Of a stretch of DNA of 64,000 nt, positions 9,215 through 19,857 are shown piece by piece (within the stretch, counting starts at the first letter, position 1; every line of letters starts with the position of its first letter). Below the pieces are notes generated by a model. That model saw only the letters and a list, made by a program, of their open reading frames with translations. It was not told the DNA's origin and searched no databases. The stretch comes from an uncultured Aliarcobacter sp. (GTDB lineage Bacteria; Campylobacterota; Campylobacteria; Campylobacterales; Arcobacteraceae), in the NCBI GenBank assembly GCA_963677435.1, contig OY781945.1:1568001-1632000 (forward strand), in the 5' to 3' direction. The position numbers and the translations under genes are program-made.

Positions 9215-10450
9215 ATGCCATTTTCAAATTTGGGTCTTAGTAATAATATAAATAAAGCACTTGATGAAAATGCTTACACAAATCCAACTCCTATTCAAGA
9301 AAAAGTAATTCCTCTTGTTCTTAAAAACAAAGACATAATGGCAAAAGCTCAAACAGGTAGTGGAAAAACTGCAAGTTTTGTTTTACCAATTTTGCAATTA
9401 TTATTAAATAAAGAAGATAAAGAGCATAAAAAAAAGGCAAAAATATCAACTTTGGTTTTAACTCCAACAAGAGAACTAGCCCTTCAAGTATCAAAAGCTT
9501 TTATTGATTTTTCTATATATTTTGATAATAAACCCAAAGTTGTAAGTGTCATAGGTGGAGAAAGTCTTACACAACAGCTTTTGGATATACAAAAAGGTTG
9601 TGATATTGTTGTTGCAACTACTGGAAGATTACTTGATATACTTGATAAAAAACAAATAAATTTATCTACTCTTGAGTTTTTTGTTTTAGATGAAGCTGAT
9701 AAAATGCTTGATTTAGGATTTGAAAAAGAGTTAGAACAACTTTTAGAATCACTTCCAAAAAATAGACAAAATCTACTTTTTTCTGCAACATATCCACAAA
9801 AAATGTTAAATATTGCTTCAAAAATTACAAGTGATGCCCAAGAGATTTTTTTAGAAGATGAAACTCAAACAGTGCAAACTATAAATCAAAGGGCAATAGA
9901 GGTAAATAAAGAGAACAGAAGCGCACTTCTACGAAATTTAATACAAAAGCATTCATGGGAGCAAATACTTGTTTTTATGGCTAATAAACGCTCTTGTGAC
10001 AATATTGCTTTAAAGTTTAGAAAATATGGACTAAATGCTGTTTCTTTTCATGCTGATTTAACTCAAGATGAAAGAAATGAAACTTTGCAAGATTTTAAAA
10101 ATAAAAAAATCAAGATTTTATTTGCTACTGATATAGCAGCTCGAGGTTTGCATATAGATGATATTTCTTGTGTTGTAAATTTTGATTTACCAAGAGCTGC
10201 AGCTGATTATGTTCATAGAATTGGAAGAACAGGCCGAGCAGGTAAAAATGGGGAAGCTATCTCTTTTATTGGTTTAGAGGATTTTGAACATTTCTCTTTA
10301 ATTGAAAAAAGATGCGAGATAAAATTAGAAAAAGAGCAAATAGAGAGTTTTGAACTAATTGGAACACCCGTAAAAAAAGAAAAGGGAAAAGATCCTGTAA
10401 AAAGTAAAAGAAAAAGTAAAAAAGATAAATTAAGAGAGCAAAATTTATAA
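9215..10450 (+). CDS. DEAD-box ATP-dependent RNA helicase (RhlE-like)
   Basis: AQTGSGKT, PTRELA, DEAD, SAT, ARGLHI, HRIGRTGRAG. Confidence 0.95.
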   Translation: MPFSNLGLSNNINKALDENAYTNPTPIQEKVIPLVLKNKDIMAKAQTGSGKTASFVLPILQLLLNKEDKEHKKKAKISTLVLTPTRELALQVSKAFIDFSIYFDNKPKVVSVIGGESLTQQLLDIQKGCDIVVATTGRLLDILDKKQINLSTLEFFVLDEADKMLDLGFEKELEQLLESLPKNRQNLLFSATYPQKMLNIASKITSDAQEIFLEDETQTVQTINQRAIEVNKENRSALLRNLIQKHSWEQILVFMANKRSCDNIALKFRKYGLNAVSFHADLTQDERNETLQDFKNKKIKILFATDIAARGLHIDDISCVVNFDLPRAAADYVHRIGRTGRAGKNGEAISFIGLEDFEHFSLIEKRCEIKLEKEQIESFELIGTPVKKEKGKDPVKSKRKSKKDKLREQNL

Positions 10451-10452
10451 GA

Positions 10453-11187
10453 CTAAATAGTCTTATAAATCATGATAGCTAACACTACGATATTTAAAAG
10501 TAAAACATAATTTTTGTAAGAAGTTGCTTTTACAATATCTTTAACTTTTATTCCAAAATATACTCCAATAAGTGAACCAATACCTACTGTTGCACCTTCA
10601 GCAAATAACATTTGCCCCTGATATGAAGTTGATATAAAACCTGCAATTGAAGAAAAGATTACAAAAAATAATCCCAAAGCGGTTGCTGCTTTTAAATCAT
10701 ATTTTAAATAACCAACTAATATTGGTGTTAATAAAATAGAGCCACCAACTCCAATACTCATGGCAAGAATACCTATTCCTGCACCAATTAAAAGTAAAGT
10801 CAATGTACTTTTTGATTCTTTTTTATCAGCATGAATAGCTGGAGAATAAAAAATTTTGATAATTGAAAAGATTAAAATTGCAATAAATAGATATTGTAAA
10901 AATTCATTTGATAAATTAGGTACGATAGACCCACTTATTATTCCACCAATTGAACCACCAATTCCTAAGATTACTCCATCTTTTAAAACATCTTTAGCTT
11001 TTTTTGCATTTAAAAAAGAGCCATAAATAGAAGAAAAAACCATTTGCATAATTGATATAGCAACGGCTTCTTTCATAACATAACCAAGCATTAAAAGCAT
11101 AGGAACTAATATAGTTCCTCCCCCAATACCAAAAAAACCAGATGAAAATCCAGTAATTATCCCAAATACTGCAAGTTCTAAATTCAA
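10453..11187 (-). CDS. Sulfite exporter TauE/SafE family protein
   Basis: Duplicated GFFGIGGGTILVP / SIGVGGSILLTP motifs, hydrophobic. Confidence 0.9.
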   Translation of the reverse strand: MNLELAVFGIITGFSSGFFGIGGGTILVPMLLMLGYVMKEAVAISIMQMVFSSIYGSFLNAKKAKDVLKDGVILGIGGSIGGIISGSIVPNLSNEFLQYLFIAILIFSIIKIFYSPAIHADKKESKSTLTLLLIGAGIGILAMSIGVGGSILLTPILVGYLKYDLKAATALGLFFVIFSSIAGFISTSYQGQMLFAEGATVGIGSLIGVYFGIKVKDIVKATSYKNYVLLLNIVVLAIMIYKTI

Positions 11188-11189
11188 AA

Positions 11190-11939
11190 TTAATTCTTTT
11201 TAATTGAGTTCATTGCTTCAATGAAATTATTATAATCATTTTCTAATTTTTCATCTTTTTGGCTTAAATCTATACCATCTTCTTCTTTTAAGGCAACTTC
11301 TACTAAATGAATTCTATCAAGTAGGTATTTGAACATCTCTTTATTGATATCTGGTAAATCACCATGTTCCATTTTGCAGATTTTATTATCTCTTTTAATG
11401 ATTTTTGCAGGAACCCCAACAGCAGTTGAATTATCAGGAACATCACATACAACAACAGAGTTTGCTCCAATTTTAGAGTTCATTCCAATTGTAATATTTC
11501 CTAAAACTTTTGCTCCACTTCCAATTACAGTATTAGATTTTATTGTTGGGTGTCTTTTCCCTTTATTTAAACTAACTCCACCAAGAGTTACTCCTTGATA
11601 AATTAAAACATCATCCTCAACAATAGCAGTAGCTCCAATTACAACACCAATAGCGTGGTCAATAAAAACTCTTCTACCTATTGTACAAGCTGGGTGAATA
11701 TCTGTTTTTGTTAAAAAACTAGATATTCCACTTATTACTCTCGATAATTTTTTCCAACCTTTATAGTAAAGTTTATTTGCAATTCTATAATTTATAATTG
11801 CCCAAACACCTGGATAGTTAAAAAATAATTCTAAATTATTATCTAGTGCAGGGTCATTATTTCGAGGAACATAAAAATCCTCTTTTAATTGTGCCCAAAA
11901 TGATATTTTTTCTTGAATTTCTTTCTCTTCATTACTCAC
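11190..11939 (-). CDS. cysE: Serine O-acetyltransferase
   Basis: DIHPA, FIDHAIGVVIG, YQGVTLGG, KRHP, VGVPAK hexapeptide repeats. Confidence 0.95.
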   Translation of the reverse strand: MSNEEKEIQEKISFWAQLKEDFYVPRNNDPALDNNLELFFNYPGVWAIINYRIANKLYYKGWKKLSRVISGISSFLTKTDIHPACTIGRRVFIDHAIGVVIGATAIVEDDVLIYQGVTLGGVSLNKGKRHPTIKSNTVIGSGAKVLGNITIGMNSKIGANSVVVCDVPDNSTAVGVPAKIIKRDNKICKMEHGDLPDINKEMFKYLLDRIHLVEVALKEEDGIDLSQKDEKLENDYNNFIEAMNSIKKN

Positions 11940-13737
11940 GATAACTCCAACTTGTTTTTAAATAACTATTTTCATTTAGATATTTTTCCATATCTTTATA
12001 ATTATGGTCACTTAAATTTTTTCTTAAAATAGCTTTTATATTATCAGTATCATAATCGATATCTTCTAATATATCTATAATTTTTTGAGATTCTAAAATC
12101 TTTTCTAAAACAACTTTATTATCTTTAAATACAACATTTACTTCTGTTGGATGAGAAAATAAGTTATGTTTCATTCCTAAAGTATCTTGATAAGCTCCAA
12201 CATTAAAGAAACCTATAAAATAATCTTCTTTATTTAAATTTACATCATGTAAATATAAAGGTTTTTTAATATCAAATGGTAATTCTCCATCACTATCACA
12301 AGTAATATCCCATAAAGATGCACTTCTTGTTGGTTTTTTATCAAGATGTGTTATTGGCATAATTGGGAATTCTTGATCAATTCCCCAATAATCAGGAAGT
12401 GATTGGAATAAAGAGAAATTTAATAAATATTTTTCTTGAATATTTTCATCAAGTTTTTTTAACTCTTCATAATCATCAATTTCAAGTAAAGAGATAGCTT
12501 TTTTAATAACTTGGTGAGTTAAAATTTCAGCATTTGATCTATCTTGTAAATCAATATATCCTAAATCAAATAGAGTTAATAAAGATTCCATATGGTCAAT
12601 ACTATCATGCATATATTCATAGGCAGTTTTTTTTGACATATCTCTATATAAATCATTTAACTCTTGAATTAAAGGTGGATTATTAGGTTTAAGTTTTAAA
12701 TGGTCAAAATCATATTCAGCAGAAAATAGTTCAAGTACTGGTGCGATTAGTACAGTAGAAGCAGCTGAAATAAATCTTCCTGATTCTGTGAAAATATTTG
12801 GTTCATCAACACCTTTTTGTTTTGCAATATCTTTTAGTGTAAATATAACATCATTTGAAAACTCACTTAAAGAGTAAAATCTAGTTCTCTCATATGCATT
12901 ATATTCAACAGCTAATCCACCACCAATATTAATTGAGTTTAAATTTGCTGCACCTAAGTTTTTAAGTTCAGCATAAATATGTCCAGATTCTCTTAAAGCT
13001 TTCTTTAAAGGTTTAATAGAATTCATTGCAGAACCAATATGGAAATGAATCATTGTTAAATGCTTAACTAGGTTATTATCTTCCATTAATTCATAGGCTT
13101 CAAGAATCTCAGTAGATGTCAATCCAAATTTAGAATTAATACCTCCACTTTTCGCCCATAGACCACTTCCACCACTATGTAGTCTAACTCTTAACCCTAT
13201 ATTAGGACAGTCCATTTTGGTTTCATTTAAAACCTCTATAATTATTTCCAGTTCATTTAAGCCTTCGATAATTATTGTGATATTATGACCCATGCTTTTT
13301 GCAATAAAACCTAAGTGAATCATCTCTTTATCTTTGAATCCATTGACAGTTATTGGAGAACCAACATTGTTGTAAGTCATTGCAATCACAAGCTCTGCTT
13401 TACTTCCAGCCTCTAATCCATAATTAAAGTTTTTTCCTTCAGTAATAAGTGGATGAATAAAGTTAGGAAGTTGATTTACTTTTAAAGGAAAAACTGCATT
13501 AAATGTTCCCTTATAATCATATTCTTTAATACTTGCATTAAATGTATTGTATAGTGTATTTATTTGCTTTTCTGTTATATGTGGAAACCTTAAAAGTAAA
13601 GGACCTTTAAAATCTTGTTTTCTTATATCTTTAACTATAGAAATCAGTGATGGTTTGCAGTTATAGTTTATTTTTGCAAGTCCATCTTCAATTATAAAAT
13701 TATCATCACTCCAGATGTCAATACCGTAATTACCCAC
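11932..13737 (-). CDS. speA: Biosynthetic arginine decarboxylase
   Basis: FPLKVNQ, GLEAGSKAEL, HFHIGS, ESGR, NFSLFQSLPD, DITCDSDG. Confidence 0.96.
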   Translation of the reverse strand: MGNYGIDIWSDDNFIIEDGLAKINYNCKPSLISIVKDIRKQDFKGPLLLRFPHITEKQINTLYNTFNASIKEYDYKGTFNAVFPLKVNQLPNFIHPLITEGKNFNYGLEAGSKAELVIAMTYNNVGSPITVNGFKDKEMIHLGFIAKSMGHNITIIIEGLNELEIIIEVLNETKMDCPNIGLRVRLHSGGSGLWAKSGGINSKFGLTSTEILEAYELMEDNNLVKHLTMIHFHIGSAMNSIKPLKKALRESGHIYAELKNLGAANLNSINIGGGLAVEYNAYERTRFYSLSEFSNDVIFTLKDIAKQKGVDEPNIFTESGRFISAASTVLIAPVLELFSAEYDFDHLKLKPNNPPLIQELNDLYRDMSKKTAYEYMHDSIDHMESLLTLFDLGYIDLQDRSNAEILTHQVIKKAISLLEIDDYEELKKLDENIQEKYLLNFSLFQSLPDYWGIDQEFPIMPITHLDKKPTRSASLWDITCDSDGELPFDIKKPLYLHDVNLNKEDYFIGFFNVGAYQDTLGMKHNLFSHPTEVNVVFKDNKVVLEKILESQKIIDILEDIDYDTDNIKAILRKNLSDHNYKDMEKYLNENSYLKTSWSYRE

Positions 13738-13739
13738 TT

Positions 13740-14963
13740 TTAAAAATCCTCTAATTTTAAATTTTTTTCTTCTTTTGTTTTTAAATCTTTTATATAGATA
13801 GTTCCATTTTTTAGCTCATTTTCACCAATTAATGCAACTAAATTTGCACCTAGTTTTTCAGCAATTCCAAAATGCTTTCCAAAACTTCTTGGCGCGTATT
13901 CTACTAAAGTTTTTGTTGTTTTTCTCTTTTGATTTGCAACTTTTATTACTGTATTTAAAGATGCTTCATCTAAAGCACCAATGTATATCACATCTTGATT
14001 ACATTGTGGCATCTTTATAAGTTCTAATAATCTTTCAATTCCTATTGCAAATCCAATTCCACTTGTAGACTTCCCACCTAAAAACTCAACTAATCTATCA
14101 TATCTTCCACCACCTGCTATTGCACTTTGAGCACCAATTTCATTACTTACAAATTCAAATGCAGTTTTATTATAATAATCTAAACCTCTAACTAGATTTG
14201 AATCTATTTCATATTTGATATTGTTAAAGTCTAATATCTCTTTTAGTTTTTCAAAATCTGTATCGCAAGATTTACATAAACTTGTTGTGATTTTTGGAGC
14301 ATTGTATAATAGTAATTGACATTTTTCATTTTTACAATCTAAAACTCTAATTGGATTTGTAAGAATCCTTCTATTGCAGTCTTCACAGAGTTCTTCTTTA
14401 AAAGTTGTTAAGTGTTTAACTAGGTTTTCTTTATACGGAGGCATGCAGTCATTACAACCAAGAGAATTTAATTTTAATGTAAACCCAATACCAAAGAAAT
14501 CAAGAATTTCTTTTAACATAATGATAATATTTGCATCTTCAAATACAGAATCAATACCAAAAACTTCACAACCAAATTGGTGAAACTCTCTAAGTCTTCC
14601 TTTTTGAGGTCTTTCATATCTAAACATAGGACCATAATAATACCATTTATAGTTTCCACCTGCACGATCAAGTTTCTTTTCAACAAAATGTCTTACAACT
14701 CCAGCTGTTCCTTCTGGTCTTAAACATACATCATTTTCACCTTTATCAATAAATTGATACATCTCTTTATTTACAATATCAGAACTCTCGCCAACAGATC
14801 TTTTAAATAAAGCTGTTTCTTCTAATAGGGGTGTTTCTATATACGAAAAGCCATAGTTTTTAGCTATATTTGATGCATTTTCAATAAAGTAAGTAAATAA
14901 AGAACTCTCTTCATTTACTATGTCTTTCATTCCTCTTAAACTTTGTACTGTTTTATTAGTCAT
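13740..14963 (-). CDS. hisS: Histidine--tRNA ligase
   Basis: LRPEGTAG, FRYERPQKGRLREFHQ, LVRGLDYY, GGGRYD. Confidence 0.98.
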   Translation of the reverse strand: MTNKTVQSLRGMKDIVNEESSLFTYFIENASNIAKNYGFSYIETPLLEETALFKRSVGESSDIVNKEMYQFIDKGENDVCLRPEGTAGVVRHFVEKKLDRAGGNYKWYYYGPMFRYERPQKGRLREFHQFGCEVFGIDSVFEDANIIIMLKEILDFFGIGFTLKLNSLGCNDCMPPYKENLVKHLTTFKEELCEDCNRRILTNPIRVLDCKNEKCQLLLYNAPKITTSLCKSCDTDFEKLKEILDFNNIKYEIDSNLVRGLDYYNKTAFEFVSNEIGAQSAIAGGGRYDRLVEFLGGKSTSGIGFAIGIERLLELIKMPQCNQDVIYIGALDEASLNTVIKVANQKRKTTKTLVEYAPRSFGKHFGIAEKLGANLVALIGENELKNGTIYIKDLKTKEEKNLKLEDF

Positions 14964-15522
14964 TTATAAAATCCTCAATTTCCTTTTCTATTTCTTCTAT
15001 TTTTAAACTTGCATCAATAATAATATGATTTAAATTTAATCTTTTGATTGTCTCTTTCATTCTATTTTGAATATTTATTAAATAATCAATTCCTCTTAAT
15101 TCTATTGAATCATTTTCTTTTTGTGATAACCTAAATTTTAGTTCATCAGGTGCTAATTCAAGTAAAATTACATGAGTTGGTAAAGTATTATTTGTAGCAA
15201 TTAAATTTAAATTAATTAGTTCATCAATACTTAATGTTGAAGCATAAGCAATTCCCGATAACATCGATCTATCTGATATTATTGTATCATTCTTATACTT
15301 CTTTATTACTTCTTCAATATGTTCAGCTCTATCGGCCATAAAAAGAAACATTTCAGCAATTTTTGATTTAGCTTCACCATTAAGTGCCATTGCTCTTAAT
15401 TTGATACCAAGTGGAGTTCCTCCTGGTTCTTTTGTAAAAATTGCAGTAGGTAGTTTCTTTTTTAGAAGTTCCAATTGTGTAGATTTTCCAGCTGTATCTA
15501 TTCCCTCAATTACTACATACAT
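14956..15522 (-). CDS. tmk: Thymidylate kinase
   Basis: IEGIDTAGKSTQ, EPGGT, DRAEH, SDRS. Confidence 0.95.
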   Translation of the reverse strand: MYVVIEGIDTAGKSTQLELLKKKLPTAIFTKEPGGTPLGIKLRAMALNGEAKSKIAEMFLFMADRAEHIEEVIKKYKNDTIISDRSMLSGIAYASTLSIDELINLNLIATNNTLPTHVILLELAPDELKFRLSQKENDSIELRGIDYLINIQNRMKETIKRLNLNHIIIDASLKIEEIEKEIEDFIND

Positions 15523-15998
15523 TTTAAAACTTTTTCAGGGATTAGATGTTGAAATTTTCCATTAAATCTTATGATTTCTCTTACTATTGTAGAACTTACA
15601 AAAGCATTTTCTAATGTTGGCATAAGATATAGAGTTTCAATTTTTTTATTTATTGAAGAGTTTGCATAACCCATTTGTAATTCAAATTCAAAATCAGATA
15701 CAGCTCTAAGCCCTCTAATAATGGTATTTATTTTCAAATCAATTGCAAGATCAACAAGTAGAGTATCAAATCCTAAAACTGTAACACCTTCTATATCTTC
15801 AGTAGCTGCTTTTGCAAATAAAACCCTCTCTTCATGGCTGAACATAGGCTTTTTTAATTCACTTTTTGCAACTGCGATTACAACTTCATCAAAAATATTA
15901 GCTGCGCGTTTTATAATATCTAGATGACCATTTGTAATTGGGTCAAAAGTTCCACTATAAATGGCTTTTCTATATGAATTAATATTCGTATTTGGCAT
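15513..15998 (-). CDS. coaD: Phosphopantetheine adenylyltransferase
   Basis: YSGTFDPITNGHLDII, RGLRAVSDFEFE, SSTIVRE; start 15998 preferred (16010 overlaps ubiX). Confidence 0.96.
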   Translation of the reverse strand: MPNTNINSYRKAIYSGTFDPITNGHLDIIKRAANIFDEVVIAVAKSELKKPMFSHEERVLFAKAATEDIEGVTVLGFDTLLVDLAIDLKINTIIRGLRAVSDFEFELQMGYANSSINKKIETLYLMPTLENAFVSSTIVREIIRFNGKFQHLIPEKVLKCM

Positions 15999-16000
15999 AT

Positions 16001-16555
16001 TTATTCCCATCTTTTATATAAATTATTATCAATTTTTAGTAAATCAAACCATTTACCTATTAAAAATTTTTCCATATCTTCTAAATTTTGTTGAGCACTG
16101 TAGTAGCCTAAAATTGGAGGTGCAATAATAACTCCTAATTTTGATAATTCCAGCATATTTTTCAATGCGATGCTATTAAGTGGCATCTCTCTTGGTGCAA
16201 CTATAATATCTCTTTTTTCTTTTAACATAACTGTAAAAGCCCTAGTTATAAGTGAATCTGAAATTCCTACAGCACACTTGGCTAAAGTATTCATTGAACA
16301 AGGAAGAATAATCATTTTATCGACCTTAAATGAACCAGATGCAACACTTGCCCCGATATTAGAGTCTTTGAAAATAGTTACATTGGGATAATCATTAAAT
16401 ATCTCTTTTGTAGAGAGTTTATTTTCAAGTTTTAAAGCAGTTTTAGCACTTTTAGAAAATATAACAAAAACTTCAATCTCTTTAGGTAATTTTTTTACAA
16501 AATTAACACCAAGATTTGAGCCACTGGCTCCCGAAATAGCAACAGTTATTTTCAA
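16001..16555 (-). CDS. ubiX: Flavin prenyltransferase UbiX
   Basis: ISGASG, ASGS, PCSMNTLAK, PREMP; TTG start. Confidence 0.93.
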   Translation of the reverse strand: MKITVAISGASGSNLGVNFVKKLPKEIEVFVIFSKSAKTALKLENKLSTKEIFNDYPNVTIFKDSNIGASVASGSFKVDKMIILPCSMNTLAKCAVGISDSLITRAFTVMLKEKRDIIVAPREMPLNSIALKNMLELSKLGVIIAPPILGYYSAQQNLEDMEKFLIGKWFDLLKIDNNLYKRWE

Positions 16556-16664
16556 GAAAAACCTTTAGTTTTAGTATATGTAGAATGATAATAGCAAAAA
16601 AAAACTTTTAATTCAATTACCTTTTAATTCAAGCTTTTTATCCTAATCTATAAGTTTAATTTAA

Positions 16665-16725
16665 TATACAAAATGTTAACATATTGTATAAATAATATAT
16701 GTATTAAATTAAACATTATGTTTAA
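16665..16725. repeat. Two palindromes upstream of the resolvase-like gene
   Basis: TATACAAAATGTTAACATATTGTATA (16665-16690, 12/13 pairs) and TTAAACAT-T-ATGTTTAA (16709-16725). Confidence 0.55.
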
Positions 16726-16765
16726 AATTATATTATATAGTATACTTAATGTAAAAGGATTTTAT

Positions 16766-17392
16766 ATGTCAAAAGTTTTTATTTATATCAGAAATAATGA
16801 GAATAATCAGAAATACACATTAAAACAAAGAGAATCTATAGATAATTATTTACAGAAAAACAACATCACAAATTTTAAGAATATTGAGATAAATATTAAC
16901 ACTCCAAATGAAGAAAAGAATATATTAGAACTTCTACAAAATTGTGAAATGAATTCAACAATTATTGTTTCAAATCTAAATGTTTTTGGACGAACAATTG
17001 AGACTATTTTAGAAATAGTAAAATTTCTATTATCAAATAAAATTAGAATTATTGTTATTGAAGAGAGTTTAGATTTAATAGATGATAAAGATATGTTAAC
17101 TCAAATGATTTTAGGAGTTATCTCAATGACTATTGGTTTAGAAAAAGAGTTAATGAGTTTAAGAACAAAAGAGGCTCTAACTGCAAAAAAACTAAATGGT
17201 ATGTCTTTAGGAAAACCAAAAGGTACAATTCAAAAATCTAAGTTTGATTTACAAAGAGATAAAATTGAAGAGCTTTTAGGAGTAGGATTATCAGTTAGAA
17301 AAATTTCTAAGCTTTTGGGTTATAATAATCATATTGGATTAAACAATTATGTAAAAAAAAGAAAGATAAAATTAAATCTTAATCAATCATAA
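16766..17392 (+). CDS. Serine recombinase (resolvase) family protein lacking the canonical catalytic Ser
   Basis: Resolvase-like pattern (IIVSNLNVFGR, EKELMSLRTKEAL...G..LGKPKG, C-terminal HTH); YIRNN instead of YxRVS; ATG 16766 has AAGGA SD. Confidence 0.8.
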   Translation: MSKVFIYIRNNENNQKYTLKQRESIDNYLQKNNITNFKNIEININTPNEEKNILELLQNCEMNSTIIVSNLNVFGRTIETILEIVKFLLSNKIRIIVIEESLDLIDDKDMLTQMILGVISMTIGLEKELMSLRTKEALTAKKLNGMSLGKPKGTIQKSKFDLQRDKIEELLGVGLSVRKISKLLGYNNHIGLNNYVKKRKIKLNLNQS

Positions 17393-17472
17393 GTTAATGG
17401 ATAAAATCTCTTTATAATGGTTTAAAAAAAATATAGTAAAATAAAATTAATTAAAAATTGAATGGAGTTATT

Positions 17473-17919
17473 GTGAAAGTATTATTAATCAAAGATGTAA
17501 AAACTTTAGGAAAAGCAGGTGAACTAAAAGAAGTAGCCGATGGATATGGAAAAAACTTTTTAATTGGAAAAGGTTTAGCTTTACATGCAACAACTGAAGT
17601 ATTAAATAGATACAAAGCAGAACAAAAAAAATTAGCTGAAAATGAAGCAAAAGAAATTGCAGCTGCAAAAGAATTAGCAGAAAAATTAAATGCAACTAAA
17701 CTTTCAATAAAACATAAAGTTGGTGCAAATGGACAATTAATTGGTTCAGTTACAAATAAAGAAATTTCGGAATCATTAGAAAATCAATTTTCTATTATGT
17801 TAGATAAAAAAAATATATCATTAGATAAAAAAATTAAGTCTGTTGGGATTTACGAATTAGATTGTAAATTAGGACACTCAATTCATGCAACTTTAAAAGT
17901 TGACATAATCGGAGAATAA
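17473..17919 (+). CDS. rplI: 50S ribosomal protein L9
   Basis: [34 protein letters not shown] 17473 after GGAG. Confidence 0.97.
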   Translation: MKVLLIKDVKTLGKAGELKEVADGYGKNFLIGKGLALHATTEVLNRYKAEQKKLAENEAKEIAAAKELAEKLNATKLSIKHKVGANGQLIGSVTNKEISESLENQFSIMLDKKNISLDKKIKSVGIYELDCKLGHSIHATLKVDIIGE

Positions 17920-17923
17920 TTAT

Positions 17924-18460
17924 ATGTTTGATGCTACAACCATACTTGCATATAGAGGAGCTAATAAAGCAGTAATTGGAGGTGACGGTCAAGTTACTTT
18001 TGGAAATACTGTTTTAAAAGGAAATGCAACAAAAATAAGAACACTTTATAAAGATCAGATTCTTGCAGGATTTGCAGGAAGTACAGCTGATGCTTTTAAT
18101 CTTTTTGATATGTTTGAAGAACATTTAAATGCTTGTAAAGGTGATTTACTAAAATCAGTAATCGCTTTTTCTAAAGAGTGGAGAAAAGACAAAGTTTTAA
18201 GAAGATTAGAGGCTATGATGATTGTTTTAAATAAAGAGAAGATTTTTATATTAAGTGGAACTGGAGATGTTGTTGAACCAGAAGATGGCGCAATTGCATC
18301 TATTGGAAGTGGTGGAAATTTTGCTATTTCTGCAGCACGAGCCCTTGCAAAGCATTCAACTTTAGATGAAGAAGAATTAGTTAGAGAATCTTTAATGATT
18401 GCAGGTGAACTTTGCATTTATACAAATCAAAACATTAAAATATTAAAAATAGAGGATTAA
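17924..18460 (+). CDS. hslV: ATP-dependent protease peptidase subunit HslV
   Basis: TTIL N-terminal Thr, [19 protein letters not shown]. Confidence 0.98.
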   Translation: MFDATTILAYRGANKAVIGGDGQVTFGNTVLKGNATKIRTLYKDQILAGFAGSTADAFNLFDMFEEHLNACKGDLLKSVIAFSKEWRKDKVLRRLEAMMIVLNKEKIFILSGTGDVVEPEDGAIASIGSGGNFAISAARALAKHSTLDEEELVRESLMIAGELCIYTNQNIKILKIED

Positions 18461-18466
18461 ACAACT

Positions 18467-19795
18467 ATGGATATGACACCAAAACAAATAGTTGCATACT
18501 TAGATGATTATATTATTGGGCAAAATAATGCAAAAAAAACTATTGCCTTAGCTCTTAGAAATAGATACAGAAGAATGAAAGTTGATCCTGCATTCCAAGA
18601 AGAGATAATGCCAAAAAATATTTTGATGATTGGAAATACAGGAGTTGGAAAAACTGAAATTGCAAGAAGACTTGCAAAAATGATGGGATTACCTTTTGTA
18701 AAAGTTGAAGCTAGTAAATATACTGAAGTTGGATTTGTAGGTCGAGATGTTGAATCTATGATTAGAGATTTAGTTTATGAGGGTATAAATTTAGTAACTC
18801 GTGAGTTTGAAGATAAGATAAAAGATAAAATAGATGATGAAGTAAATAAAAAAATTATTGAAAAATTAGTACCACCACTTCCTGAAACAGCTAGTGAAAG
18901 TGCAAAAGAATCTTTTATTAAAACTTTTAATACTATGGAAAAAAAACTTCTTGATGGTTCTTTAGATGATAAAAAAATAGAAATAGAAGTTCCCAAAAAA
19001 GCGCATATTGAAATTTTAGATTCTTCAATGCCTTTTGATATGAGTTCAATGCAAGAAAGCCTAAATAAAATGTTAGGTGGGCTAAATAAAGAAACTATCA
19101 AAAAAGAAGTGACAATTCACGATGCAAAAATCTTACTAAGAGGAATTTGTAGTGAAGGATTACTTGACCAAGAAGCAATAAAAATTGAAGCACTTAAAAG
19201 ATGTGAAAATGGTGGAATTATATTTTTAGATGAGATTGATAAAATTGCATCAGGTAAAAAGAATCAAGGTCAAGATCCATCAAAAGAGGGTGTTCAAAGA
19301 GATTTACTTCCAATTGTTGAGGGAAGTAGCGTTCAAACAAAATTTGGTCAATTAAAAACTGATCATATTTTATTTATTGCAGCTGGTGCTTTTCATGTTT
19401 CAAAACCAAGTGATTTAATACCTGAGCTTCAAGGAAGATTTCCTTTAAGAGTTGAATTAGAATCTCTTGATGAAGAAGCTTTATATAAAATATTAACAAA
19501 TACTAAAAACTCACTTTTACAACAATATAAAGCACTTTTAGCTGTAGAAGAAGTAGAATTAGAGTTTGATGATGAAGCAATAAGAGCATTTGCAAAATAT
19601 TCAGTTACTGCAAATGAAAAAACTGAAGATATAGGTGCTAGAAGACTTCATACTGTTATTGAAAAGGTTATTGAAGATATATCTTTTGATGCAGATGAAA
19701 GAAAAGGTGAAAAAGTAATAGTGACAAAAGAATTAGTTGCTAGTAAATTAGATGATATTGTTGATAATATCGATACAGCAAGATATATTTTATAA
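18467..19795 (+). CDS. hslU: ATP-dependent protease ATPase subunit HslU
   Basis: GNTGVGKTEIARRLAK, DEIDK, GVQRDLLP, IGARRL. Confidence 0.98.
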   Translation: MDMTPKQIVAYLDDYIIGQNNAKKTIALALRNRYRRMKVDPAFQEEIMPKNILMIGNTGVGKTEIARRLAKMMGLPFVKVEASKYTEVGFVGRDVESMIRDLVYEGINLVTREFEDKIKDKIDDEVNKKIIEKLVPPLPETASESAKESFIKTFNTMEKKLLDGSLDDKKIEIEVPKKAHIEILDSSMPFDMSSMQESLNKMLGGLNKETIKKEVTIHDAKILLRGICSEGLLDQEAIKIEALKRCENGGIIFLDEIDKIASGKKNQGQDPSKEGVQRDLLPIVEGSSVQTKFGQLKTDHILFIAAGAFHVSKPSDLIPELQGRFPLRVELESLDEEALYKILTNTKNSLLQQYKALLAVEEVELEFDDEAIRAFAKYSVTANEKTEDIGARRLHTVIEKVIEDISFDADERKGEKVIVTKELVASKLDDIVDNIDTARYIL

Positions 19796-19857
19796 GTTAT
19801 ATAAATTAATAATCTTTTAGCTAGAATAATTTTTATTAAAAAACATGGAGTACTATT

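Noticed and set aside
16673..16765. Longer N-terminus of the resolvase-like ORF
   Set aside because: No SD; it runs through the AT-rich promoter palindromes, whereas ATG 16766 has AAGGA.
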